Shown piece after piece: positions 12,701-24,700 of a stretch of 64,000 bases of DNA. The notes below the pieces were generated by a model. It had not been told where the DNA came from and did not search any database. It worked only from the letters and a program-made list of their open reading frames with translations. Both the position numbers and the translations under genes were made by a program. The DNA comes from Tubiluchus corallicola (Eukaryota; Animalia; Priapulida), in assembly GCA_030141605.1 (NCBI GenBank), contig JAQGDQ010000013.1, positions 1,254,447 to 1,318,446 of the forward strand, given 5' to 3'. Within the stretch, counting starts at the first letter, position 1. Each line of letters starts with the position of its first letter.

Positions 12701-15700
12701 TAAAAATCAAACAGTTTGTCGAGTTGGTTTACATTTAGCAATCGTAAAATTGTTGATTGATGAAATGTGTGATGTTTACCAAAACAGCTTCATCTTATTT
12801 TTTTATAAAAAATCCAAATGTAAACTTGGGTGTATCATGACCTAGGTGTATCGTTATAGCTCTAGTGCTAAGTAAGCAATCAGAAGATATTAATACTCAA
12901 ACTTTGTGTCATGATTTTCATTGGCTTCCTGGTAAGTTAGTGCTTTTACTATTTCAGTGCATCAGGTCACGTGGAGCGATTCTCTGATTACATGGTGAAA
13001 GATACTAAAACTGGGGAATGTTTTCGTGTTGACCATCTAATTAAAGCTCACTTAGAAAAGTTGCTTAATGACAAAAAGACATCTGCTGAAGAAAAGTCTA
13101 AAATTGCAGATATTCTTGTTCGGGTAATAGACTATAGCATTGTCTTAAAACAAAATTGTTTGTTTGTATAATCAGTAATTATTTGTGCAAGGGACAGATA
13201 AATAGCTGAATAGTTACAGTGCATGGTTTTTGACAGAATTTAGGAATACAGAATAGGGTTTGTAATAGATGGATGCTAGGTGCATTATTGTTTTGGGCGG
13301 TTTCATTCGCCGACTTTTTCTGCAGTTGGCTTAGGATCTATATTTATCCAAACACAGAGCTAAGACACACCTTCTTTAGTTGAATACTTTCTTCATGAAG
13401 GACTAACCGAGATAATGTTCTCATAGGTTTAATATTTGTTCAGTAAAGTACCACTACCAAGACAAACATCAAGTTCATTATCAAGTCTAGTCCTCTATGA
13501 TGAAGCCACTTATTAAGAGAGTTGTGTGTGGATGCAAATACATTCTTGGCCAAGTGGAAAAATAGTCAGAATTTGTATGGCAAATCAAATCGCCAGAATA
13601 AGTATGAAACCTATGTTCCTGTCCTGCCGTAAGTAGTACTTACTGGACTCGCATTTAGTAAGCTGAAGTGCTGAATATCAGTTTGCAGTGTACAATTTGT
13701 GTATGAAGTAACATTTAAACAATATATTTTCAATTATAGCTATATGGTTTTAGGTTTGTCATTCCATTATTACAAAAATGGATTTGATTTGACTAGATAT
13801 TTTTGTCTATGAAAAATTAATTTTTTTTTGTTTGGTGTTTGGCAGTTGTATTATTTGTCATTATTAGCAATCTGCAACATTAATATTGCTTTCTTATTTT
13901 TCTTTCAATTATTTCTCTGATATTTTACTTGCTGTGTCTGTTTCTTATGCTTTCTAAAGTTGGTTCAGTTTAGTCATTTTAACTGTCTACTTATGTTTGT
14001 TTTTGAAACGGTTGCAACTTGACTATGTACCTAAATCTGAATATGCTTAAGTCAGTTAATTTTTGGAGGTTTCTGCTCGGTGTTGCATTAGTTGTTAGAA
14101 AGTGATGGCCACCGTTGTTATGGTGTGACATTGTCTATTTCCTCTGTCTGAATATGCTTAAGTCAGTTAATTTTTGGAGGTTTCTGCTCGGTGTTGCATT
14201 AGTTGTTAGAAAGTGATGGCCACCGTTGTTATGGTGTGACATTGTCTATTTCCTCTGTCTGAATATGCTTAAGTCAGTTAATTTTTGGAGGTTTCAGCTT
14301 GGTGTTGCATTAGTTGTTAGAAAGTGGTGGCCACCGTTGTTATGGTGTGACATTGTCTATTTCCTCTGTCTGAATATGCTTAAGTCAGTTAATTTTTGGA
14401 GGTTTCTGCTCGGTGTTGCATTAGTTGTTAGAAAGTGATGGCCACCGTTGTTATGGTGTGACATTGTCTATTTCCTCTGTCTGAATATGCTTAAGTCAGT
14501 TAATTTTTGGAGGTTTCTGCTCGGTGTTGCATTAGTTGTTAGAAAGTGATGGCCACCGTTGTTATGGTGTGACATTGTCTATTTCCTCTGTCTGAATATG
14601 CTTAAGTCAGTTAATTTTTGGAGGTTTCTGCTCGGTGTTGCATTAGTTGTTAGAAAGTGATGGCCACCGTTGTTATGGTGTGACATTGTCTATTTCCTCT
14701 GTCTGAATATGCTTAAGTCAGTTAATTTTTGGAGGTTTCTGCTCGGTGTTGCATTAGTTGTTAGAAAGTGATGGCCACCGTTGTTATGGTGTGACATTGT
14801 CTATTTCCTCTGTCTGAATATGCTTAAGTCAGTTAATTTTTGGAGGTTTCTGCTTGGTGTTGCATTAGTTGTTAGAAAGTGATGGCCACCGTTGTTATGG
14901 TGTGACATTGTCTATTTCCTCTGTCTGAATATGCTTAAGTCAGTTAATTTTTGGAGGTTTCTGCTCGGTGTTGCATTAGTTGTTAGAAAGTGATGGCCAC
15001 CATTGTTATGGTGTGACATTGTCTATTTCCTCTGTCTGAATATGCTTAAGTCAGTTAATTTTGGGGGGTTTCAGCTTGGTGTTGCATTAGTTGTTAGAAA
15101 GTGATGGCCACCGTTGTTATGGTGTGACATTGTCTATTTCCTCTGTCTGAATATGCTTAAGTCAGTTAATTTTTGGAGGTTTCAGCTTGGTGTTGCATTA
15201 GTTGTTAGAAAGTGGTGGCCACCGTTGTTATGGTGTGACATTGTCTATTTCCTCTGTCTGAATATGCTTAAGTCAGTTAATTTTTGGAGGTTTCAGCTTG
15301 GTGTTGCATTAGTTGTTAGAAAGTGGTGGCCACCGTTGTTATGGTGTGACATTGTCTATTTCCTCTGTCTGAATATGCTTAAGTCAGTTAATTTTTGGAG
15401 GTTTCAGCTTGGTGTTGCATTAGTTGTTAGAAAGTGATGGCCACCGTTGTTATGGTGTGACATTGTCTATTTCCTCTGTCTGAATATGCTTAAGTCAGTT
15501 AATTTTTGGAGGTTTCAGCTTGGTGTTGCATTAGTTGTTAGAAAGTGGTGGCCACCGTTGTTATGGTGTGACATTGTCTATTTCCTCTGTCTGAATATGC
15601 TTAAGTCAGTTAATTTTTGGAGGTTTCAGCTTGGTGTTGCATTAGTTGTTAGAAAGTGGTGGCCACCGTTGTTATGGTGTGACATTGTCTATTTCCTCTG

Positions 15701-18700
15701 TCTGAATATGCTTAAGTCAGTTAATTTTTGGAGGTTTCAGCTTGGTGTTGCATTAGTTGTTAGAAAGTGATGGCCACCATTGTTATGGTGTGACATTGTC
15801 TATTTCCTCCGTCTGAATATGCTTAAGTCAGTTAATTTTTGGGGGTTTCTGCTTGGTGTTACATTAGTTGTTAGAAAGTGGTGGCCACCGTTGTTATGGT
15901 GTGACATTGTCTATTTCCTCCGTCTGAATATGCTTAAGTCAGTTAATTTTTGGGGGTTTCTGCTTGGTGTTACATTAGTTGTTAGAAAGTGATGGCCACC
16001 GTTGTTATGGTGTGACATTGTCTATTTCCTACAATTGTTTTGTTTGTTTTTTAGCTTGATGGTTTTGACGTACAGCAAATGACAGACGTTCTTCGGCAGT
16101 ACAATATGAAATCTCCAGTCACAAATAGTGATATAACTGATCCTGTTGAGTTCAACTTAATGTTTCAGACTTCTCTTGGTCCGTCTGGACATGTTAAAGG
16201 GTAAGTGGTTCAATGTTCGGTAAGTGACACACTGTGACAGTTGAAATACGTTATTTAACAGAATTATTCAGAGCGAAATTGGAGACTAGAAAAATAACAA
16301 AATTTTAATAAAACACTAGAATTCTATGGAAAGTACAAATTTTGATAATTGTGTAGCTAGTAAAAAAACCGTGATTCACTTCTGAAATTTTTTTCTCTAG
16401 GCTTTTGCATATGTGCACAGATTAAAACATTTGTGACTTTGGTGCTTCCCAGCCATGAATATTATTGTAATTGTTTTTTAGCCACAAACAACCTGAATCG
16501 TCGAGCAACGACCACGTTATTTACAGATTGCATATCAGATACTCATAATAACACCTATGAAAAAGCGTTTTTATCAACTTTGTTTTGTTATTATCACAGG
16601 CTGAGCATACCATGCGTTTTCTGTTCATTTTCCGCATGTATTTTAGATTTCTGAGACCAGAAACTGCACAAGGCATCTTCGTGAACTTCAAGCGACTTCT
16701 TGAATTTAACCAAGGACGCTTACCGTTCGCTTCTGCCCAAATAGGAAGCGCATTTAGGAATGAGATTTCCCCAAGATCTGGATTAATACGAGTCAGGTAA
16801 AAGCAATATAGTATGCTCTGTGTCAGTAACCATGATTGTTACAAGTTTTGCAAATCCAGAATTAATTTAATCTGTCATCTAATGGTTAATTTGAATAAAT
16901 ATTTTAAAACTGAAGTGAACTCTGTGCATAATTGACTTGATTTGTCAGCACTGCTGGTATAGAATACCATACATTTGTAATTCCCCTAGCTTAAGTTAGC
17001 GAAAAAGATACCTGTTTACTTTATTGCCAATTGCAGAACTTTTCATTGGTTTGCAATTTCTCTCTTTAGCCAAATAAATTCAAGAAAAAAAAGCAGTTCA
17101 AGTTTGATGTGAATTTCCTGTTTTTGTACCGTTAATTGAAGTTTATAGTATCTTATCAAACAGACACAGTCGTCTCAGTTGTTCTAAAACCCTGATTTTA
17201 AATCATATTTTACTGTTTTTCAGTTTGTAAATGTTTGTATTGGTTACATTTTTTTGCAATTTTTTACAGAGAATTTCCCATGGCAGAAATTGAGCATTTT
17301 GTTGATCCTGTTGACAAGTCTCATCCGAAGTTTAAAAATGTGGAAAATCTGGTCGTAACGATGTACTCAGCTTGCGATCAGAATGACGGAAAGTCCTCCG
17401 TGCAAAGAACGCTAAAGAGTGCCGTGGAAGATGTAAATATGAATTATGATTTATGCTTTAGAATTTTTATCTTACATATAGCTCTTATAGGATGTCATCG
17501 ACTAATATGGCTACATCCAACTTACAACTGTTCGATTTTATGACCCAACCACAACTCAATTAATTATATGAAACCAATTGTAACTTATATTCCTTCTATA
17601 TAGATTTAAACAAATTAACTTTAAATTGTTTAATTCAATAAATTCATCGTAGGTCGTAAGTCGACGACTACCTGTCTAGTTGTTTTGTATCGCTAACGTA
17701 TTAAAAACGCTGCTTTGCACATTCTTGTCTTAACCTCGTGCATTCTATGTTTCACTCACTGTGGGTGAGCACAGATGAAAATTTAATTTCTGTTTGCAAT
17801 CAGATTATAAAGTTCATTAAAAATTCATTAGCTATCCTATTTTATTTTTTCTCTCGTTTTACTTAAATACCAGTCTTGCTGCATTATGTTTTTTTATATT
17901 GTTTTACATAAAATTTCCAATGTGAGAATGCTATATTGTTTTACGTAAAATTTCCAGTGCTATTTCCAATGGAATTTTATACAAAAACGTTAGGACTGTT
18001 CCCTTAGTGAGTGCAGAAATGATTGTCAAAAAATAAATTTTTGTCTTTTTTCAGGGCACAATAGACAATGAAACTTTGGGCTACTTCATGGGCAGAATCT
18101 ATCAGTTTATATTAAAGATAGGTTGCGCTCCGGCGAGCGTCCGTTTTAGGCAACATATGAATAACGAAATGGCTCATTATGCATGCGATTGTTGGGATTT
18201 GGAGTGTCTAACCTCGTATGTAAGTAAAAACACAATTTGTGTTCTTCCAGTACTTTTTATCTGCAGTTAAATATGTATTGCGTTTAGTGAAGTTTGCTCC
18301 TACTAGATCACAGTAAATGGAATGTCTGTGTTGCTGTTTGTGGTGCTTTGTTGGAGGTCATTGTTGTTATCAGATAATTTGTTTTTACTCGTGTATCTCT
18401 GAAGGTTTTCTCAAAATGTTATACTGTATTATCTTCTAGGGTTGGGTAGAATGTGTAGGATGTGCTGATCGTTCATGTTACGATCTTACTCAACATAGCA
18501 AAGCTACTGGATTGAAACTAGTTGCAGAAAAGAAATTAGCTGAACCGATATCCTTTTTTTCGTTCTGATTTGTGTGCTGTTCATCTAGAGAACTTCCTTG
18601 ATGACAGGATATGACTGTAACTTGATCAATCACTTTTGTGCCAGAAATATAGATTCAATATTGCAGCCCAGGTATTCTTAAAAAGTGGGCTGTTCTTGAG

Positions 18701-21700
18701 CAAGTTTGCAGATTTATCTCAGTTATGTGCAGTTACTAAACAATGGACTTGCCTTGGAAACAAACTTGCATTTTGAATATATACTCCCGGATTATGTCTT
18801 AAGCAAACAAATTCTTGTTAATATTATTGTAAAAAAAATTTTTATTTGCCTGTGTGTCCTAGGCAAATTAAGCATTCCTGTATCTCTTTGACAACTGAAA
18901 TTAAAAAGCGCTGAGCTTGGTCAGCAGATGCATGGGTAACAGCCATGTTAGAAACTCGCTCTAGATAGGTTAATCACTGGTAGCAAAAACCAGACTCGGA
19001 AACCCTTTTCCTTATACCCGTCGTGTACCTGTTTACCCGCTTGTTAAGATTCAGTGCAGTGAAGAAATTGTAATCATTTATATTCCCAAATAAAAACAAC
19101 CACTAGCACAACTCCACTGTTACACTAACAACAAGAATTCAGTTATTAAACCCAGAGAGCATGAACACGTGAGCAAAATGTATTGTTTTCCCACACAATG
19201 CATTTCATATTTGCCATACTTCTTAATTACTGAAATTGCATGCTTCGTCAATGAGTCAGCTACATCAGCACGTCAGCTAGGTTCTGCATTGAGCACTGAA
19301 ACACTTTCTGCCGAATAGATTATTTACTGTCTTCAGGGAGGATATATCAACATGGCCGAGACACTTCAGCTGCTCCGTTGTCTCACCTTAACCAATGTTC
19401 TCTTGATAACGAGATACATTCTTGTCCTGCCGCAGTCATCTGTAACTTGTATAAAAGTTGCTATAGCAACATAAGCTTTTTGAACTGATGCAAAGCATTC
19501 ATGGTGCTAAAATTTTGACATCAGTTATTCTGTCATGCTATAATATGATTCTGTTTAAATTATTTTTTTCTAAAGTAACCGCATACCAGTCTACTGAAGT
19601 AGTTCTCATTTTGCTTGCACTTACCACGTAATGCATGCTTTTTTCACCCTTGTTGTTTTTCCGTAACTTTGCCACACAGAACTGAAGAAGTCATGGAGTG
19701 CAATCCACAAAAAGGACCAATTGGCAAAGCTTTTAAAGCAGATGGCAAACTTGTGATTAATTACTTCAACAGTATAGAGGGAAAGGCCATCACAGATCTT
19801 GAAAAACACTTTGAAAGCAATGAGTGAGTAGCTGTGTTGATTTGTTACTAGATGTTGGCAGAAACGAAATAGAGATAAAAAGTATACAATGTTTAAAAAA
19901 ACAACTATCTATACAACAATGTGAAATATATGAATTGCTGAAAACTTTTCAGAAGTTTTTTTACAGGTCCCCTTACTAAAATAAGATTTAAATTGGAAAT
20001 ATCATATGAAAAATTACAAAAATTTAAAACTGTTATGTTCTGAGTGCAGATGTTTCACTCCGTTCATTCCTCATTTGTACGGTTCGCCTATTCATGGTTA
20101 GTTAATGTTGTTCCACGACCTTTAAAAGACAAACTTGTGAATCAGATCTTCAAGAGATAAGCAACAGCAAGCTTAACTAGTATATGGATGAGTTACTTTG
20201 GGGAAAATGTCTCTAGGCTATGACGGCTGTGTTGGTTGCCACCTATCCAGCCCAGTGTGTTTACCTTGCAGAAGGTGGATATATGCAACCGTAGCTAATA
20301 CATCCGTGTCGGTTTAGCCTCTCAGTTTTGAAATTAGAGAATTATTAATACTGAGGCAAGTACCAGTCGTGTCACAACCATCTATATCGAATAGACCATT
20401 CAGTGCTGCATCTTGCTTGTAGAGTATCAAATTAATCCTGTCTTAATCCATTGTCTATAGCTGTTTTGTTGTATTGTACATGTAATTGTTACATGCCATT
20501 ATCTATGCGTGTTAAAAAGTGAGTTTCTAAACTTTTGCACCCGCTATCATAATTAGCAGATTTATGAATGAGTTTCTGCTCCGCTTTGACTTCTGAAAAG
20601 TTGTCGTTCTCCGCTTACCAAATGTAGTATCTAATTTGAATATGCAGGAGAATGACTGCTTACTGTTTTAACTATTAAACTTTTAGATCAACTTACGTTA
20701 GCCCATTGGTTTCTGAAGTCTTCAGCCACAGTTAATAATGATGATTGCTCATGTGGTTTAGTTGAATTTGCATGTTAAGCGAAGATAACAATACTTAATT
20801 ACAGTCAAAGCTTTTTATAAGCCAACTTTGGGACTTCAGAAAAAGTTAGTATTAATCAAATTTGGGATGAAAATGAGATGCATTAATGGATAAATATCTA
20901 TGTACATATACACATTTTGTTTGGACAAAAAGATAGACAGATGTTAGCTGAAGTTAGTGTTATAAAGGGGGGTGTTATAATGAGATTTGATTATACCTAA
21001 AATTATTGCAAAATCATTTCAGATATGGCTCAGAAATAACCAGGTTATGCGTAAAATCACCAGAACTAATACTCGACTATAAGAATTATTGTGCACAGTG
21101 AAATTACTTCTGTCAGCTAATGTGCGGTTTAAAGCAGCTGTTAGACATATGAGTATCAGTAGTCCGAAAAGTAATACAAGTGTAATATTTTCAACTTCTA
21201 ACTTACTTTGAATACATTTCTCCTAGTATTTCAATTGTCAGCATGAAAAAAATCTAATTTGTTGCAAAAAAGCAAGTTGTTCAGCGGTACATGTGTATTA
21301 CTGTGATGCTTATTTGTTGTTTTTGGTTTTTGTGACTGTGCATGCTGGAACACACGCGAAATAGCAGTTACATTAGACTCATATTTGTACCTCATTCACC
21401 TGCTGTATCATGCAGGACATTCAAAAATATGCAATTATAGGTTCACATTTTAGTTGGATTTGTTTCGCGTTTTCTTAAATAAAGTTTTTTGCAGTTTTTT
21501 CTTTCTTTCAGCAAGTTGAATGCAAATATAGACGGCAAAGAATTTGTAATTGAAAAGAATATGGTTAATATCAAGAAATATCAAAAGACAGTCCATGGTA
21601 AGCTGGTTTTGAAGTATTGTTAGTAATTTGCTGGTAACTATTAGTCATTTTCTCTCTTTTTGTGAATACCATAGATACAAAATTATTATAATTGGGCATA

Positions 21701-24700
21701 TAATGCAGTCTGAAGAGTATGTAATGTGCTAGGGTCCTGGGTGTCACAGTTCAAGTTCTGCTACTTCCTATTAAAATACTGAATACAGCGCTGATTTTAT
21801 GTAATTCATTTTGTTTATTTGTTATTTAAGTTAATTTTAACAAAAATATGCCGAAATACTTGTTCACATATGTCAAAAGTTTTTACATTTTCTAATTGTT
21901 TCACCTCAATTGCATTGTTTCTAGTGGAAGAAGTGGTTCCGTCAGTCGTTGAACCGTCGTTTGGAATTGGGAGAGTAATCTATGCATTGTTTGAGCACAA
22001 CTTTAAAGTTAGGGAAGGCGACGAACAGAGAACGGTGAGTCCCTAGACAAACTTGACTAAGATAATAGTCATAGTCAAATAAGAACCAAATGAATTCGAA
22101 TCATTTGAATCAAAATCATGGATCAGTTGTGTTGGAATGGAGTATGAATACACTAGTAAATACGTAACATTGTTATTATTATCAATCTCTTATATTAATA
22201 TTCTTGGTATATATATTTATTTATATATATATAAGATTCGAGGCTACAGCTTCGACGAGGGCACCATTTACGGCGATCTATATATCAAACGAAAGGTCTC
22301 GATCTAGTGTCGTCTCATTGGGGGTTTATTTTTCGAATCGGGCCCACAGCGAGGAAGGGGAGGCGAAAAACCTCCAAAAATGGCCATTTTTCGGCCGTTT
22401 TTTGCAAAAGTTATACGGCTGAGATGTAGAGAACGGGAACGGGCCGAGGGGGGTGCTGGGTATGGATAGATAGCCCGTTCAGCGGTGGGTGTCATAGGCC
22501 TATTTAGAATTCCCAAGAGGGCTAGGGCGTCCCGTAACGGGCGTTTTTCCGTACCCAACTCGCGATTTTTTCGAAATTTCGGCCAAACAGCCGGCGGGAA
22601 AAACGTTCTAGCGGCGCCCGGTGGGACTCTCGGACGGAGATATATAGCTCTTTAGAAAGAGCAAGAACAGGGCTACACGATGATGTGGGCTATATGTTAG
22701 GGCATGTCCACCGAGAGGAGTATTGGCGAGTTAGTTAGGAGTTCTATTTTCGGCAATTTTCGCTTAGAAAACTGCTGACGCAAAGGCATTGTTGTGACGT
22801 CATCCATTGTACTCTGCTATAATCTTATAACTTTAATTCAGCAAAAAGCTGCCTGCTACGGGTTTGCGTTAGTTAAACAAACGGTAGGCAGGATGTTACG
22901 GGCTTTGTGTTATAAATGTGGACTAGGTAGGATGTTCGCGTATTATTGATTACACGTGTATTTATACGCAAAATCTTTTGCGGGGCCTTTGCTATTTATT
23001 ATATTATAGCACATAGTTTCAACTTTGTGAAAAATGTTTGGAATGGTTTTGTTGTAATGCTGTGCTGTTGGTGCTTGTGCTATAGGTGTTGTCATCGTTG
23101 CCACCATCATCATCATCATCATCAACATGATCACCACGTGAGGTGGTGGATTTGATGTGGTGTGGTGGTGGTGTGCTTTGTGTGTTGTGCTATGGATGGT
23201 GTGGTGGGGTGTGTGGGGTGTGGTGTGGGTAGTGTGGTATGGAGTGGGTGGCGTGGTGTGTGGGTGGGTGTTGTGGTGCAGTGTGGTGTTATGGTGTGGT
23301 GCAGTGCGGTGTGATGTGGTGGAGTGGTATGGTGTGGGTGGTGTGGTGTGTAGGTGGGTGGGTGGTGTGGTGTTGTGTGGTGTGATGTGGTGGAGTATTA
23401 TGGTGTGGGTGGTGCGGTGCAGTGGTATGGTGTGGTGCAGTGTGGTGTGATGTGGTGGAGTCGTATGGTGTGGGTGGTGTGGTGTGGTGTGTGGGTGGGG
23501 GGTGTGGTGGTGTGGTGTTGGTTGTGGTGTGTGTTGTATGGTGTGGGTGGTGTGGTGTGTGTGTGGGTGGTGCGGTGTGGTGGTTGGTGTGGTGTGATGT
23601 GGTGGAGTTATGGTGTGGGTGGTGTGGTGTGGTGGTGGGTGGGGTGTGGTGTGGTGGTGGGTGTGATGTGGTGGAGTGTATGGTGTGGGTGGTGTGGTGG
23701 GTGTGTGTATGGTGTGGTGGTGTGGTGGTGGTGGTGGTATGGTGTGGGTGGTGTGTGTGGTGTGTGTGGTGGTGTGGTGGTGGTGTGGTGGGTGTGGTGG
23801 TGGGTGGATGGGTGGAGTGGTATGGTGTGGTGCGTGTGGTTGATGGGTGGGTGGTGTGGTGTGGGTTTGTGTTGATTTGTGCACAAAATTCTTTTTGTGG
23901 GGTTTGGCTAGTCTCTTATATTAATATTCTTGGTATATATATATATTTATTTATATATAAGATTCGAGGCTACAGCCTGGACGAGGGCACCATTTGCGGC
24001 GATCTATATATCAAACGAAAGGTCTCGATCTAGTGTCGTCTCATTGGGGGTTTATTTTTCGAATCGGGCCCACCGGGAGGAACGGGAGGCGAAAAACCTC
24101 CAAAAATGGCCATTTTTCGGCCGTTTTTTGCAAAAGTTATACGGCTGAGATGTAGAGAACGGGAACGGGTCGAGGGTGGTGCTGGGTGTGGATAGATAGC
24201 CCGTTTAGCGGTGGGTGTCATAGGCCTATTTAGAGTTCCCGAGAGGGCCACGGCGTCCCGCAACGGGCGTTTTTCCGGACCCAACTCGCGATTTTTTCGA
24301 AATTTTGATCAAACAGCATGCGGAAAAAACGTTCTAGCGGCGCCTGGTGGGATTCTCGGAAGGAGACATATAGCTCTTTGCAAAGAGGAAGGACAGGGCT
24401 ACACGATGATGTGGGTTATATTTTAGGGCAGGTCCACCGAGAGGAGTATCAACGAGTTAATTAGGAGTTCTATTTTCGGCAATTTTCACTTAGAAAACTG
24501 CTGACGCAAAGGCATTGTTCTGACGTCATCCATTGTACTCTACTCTGCTTATAACTTTAATTCAGCAAAAAGTTACAGGCTTTGCGTTAGTTAAACAAAC
24601 AGTAGGCATGATGTTACGGGCTTTGTGTTATAAATGAGGACTGTGTAGGATGTTCGCGTATTATTGATTACACGTGTATTAATACGCAAAATCTTTTGCG

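Noticed and set aside
14226-15992. Repeated 37-aa hydrophobic peptide ORFs
   Set aside because: They result from the 111-bp unit being a multiple of 3; many units carry a TGA; intronic.
22943-24033. Long His/Thr/Pro-rich and Val/Trp/Cys-rich ORFs (up to 313 aa)
   Set aside because: They are translations of a G/T microsatellite that lacks stop codons; intronic and without domain motifs.
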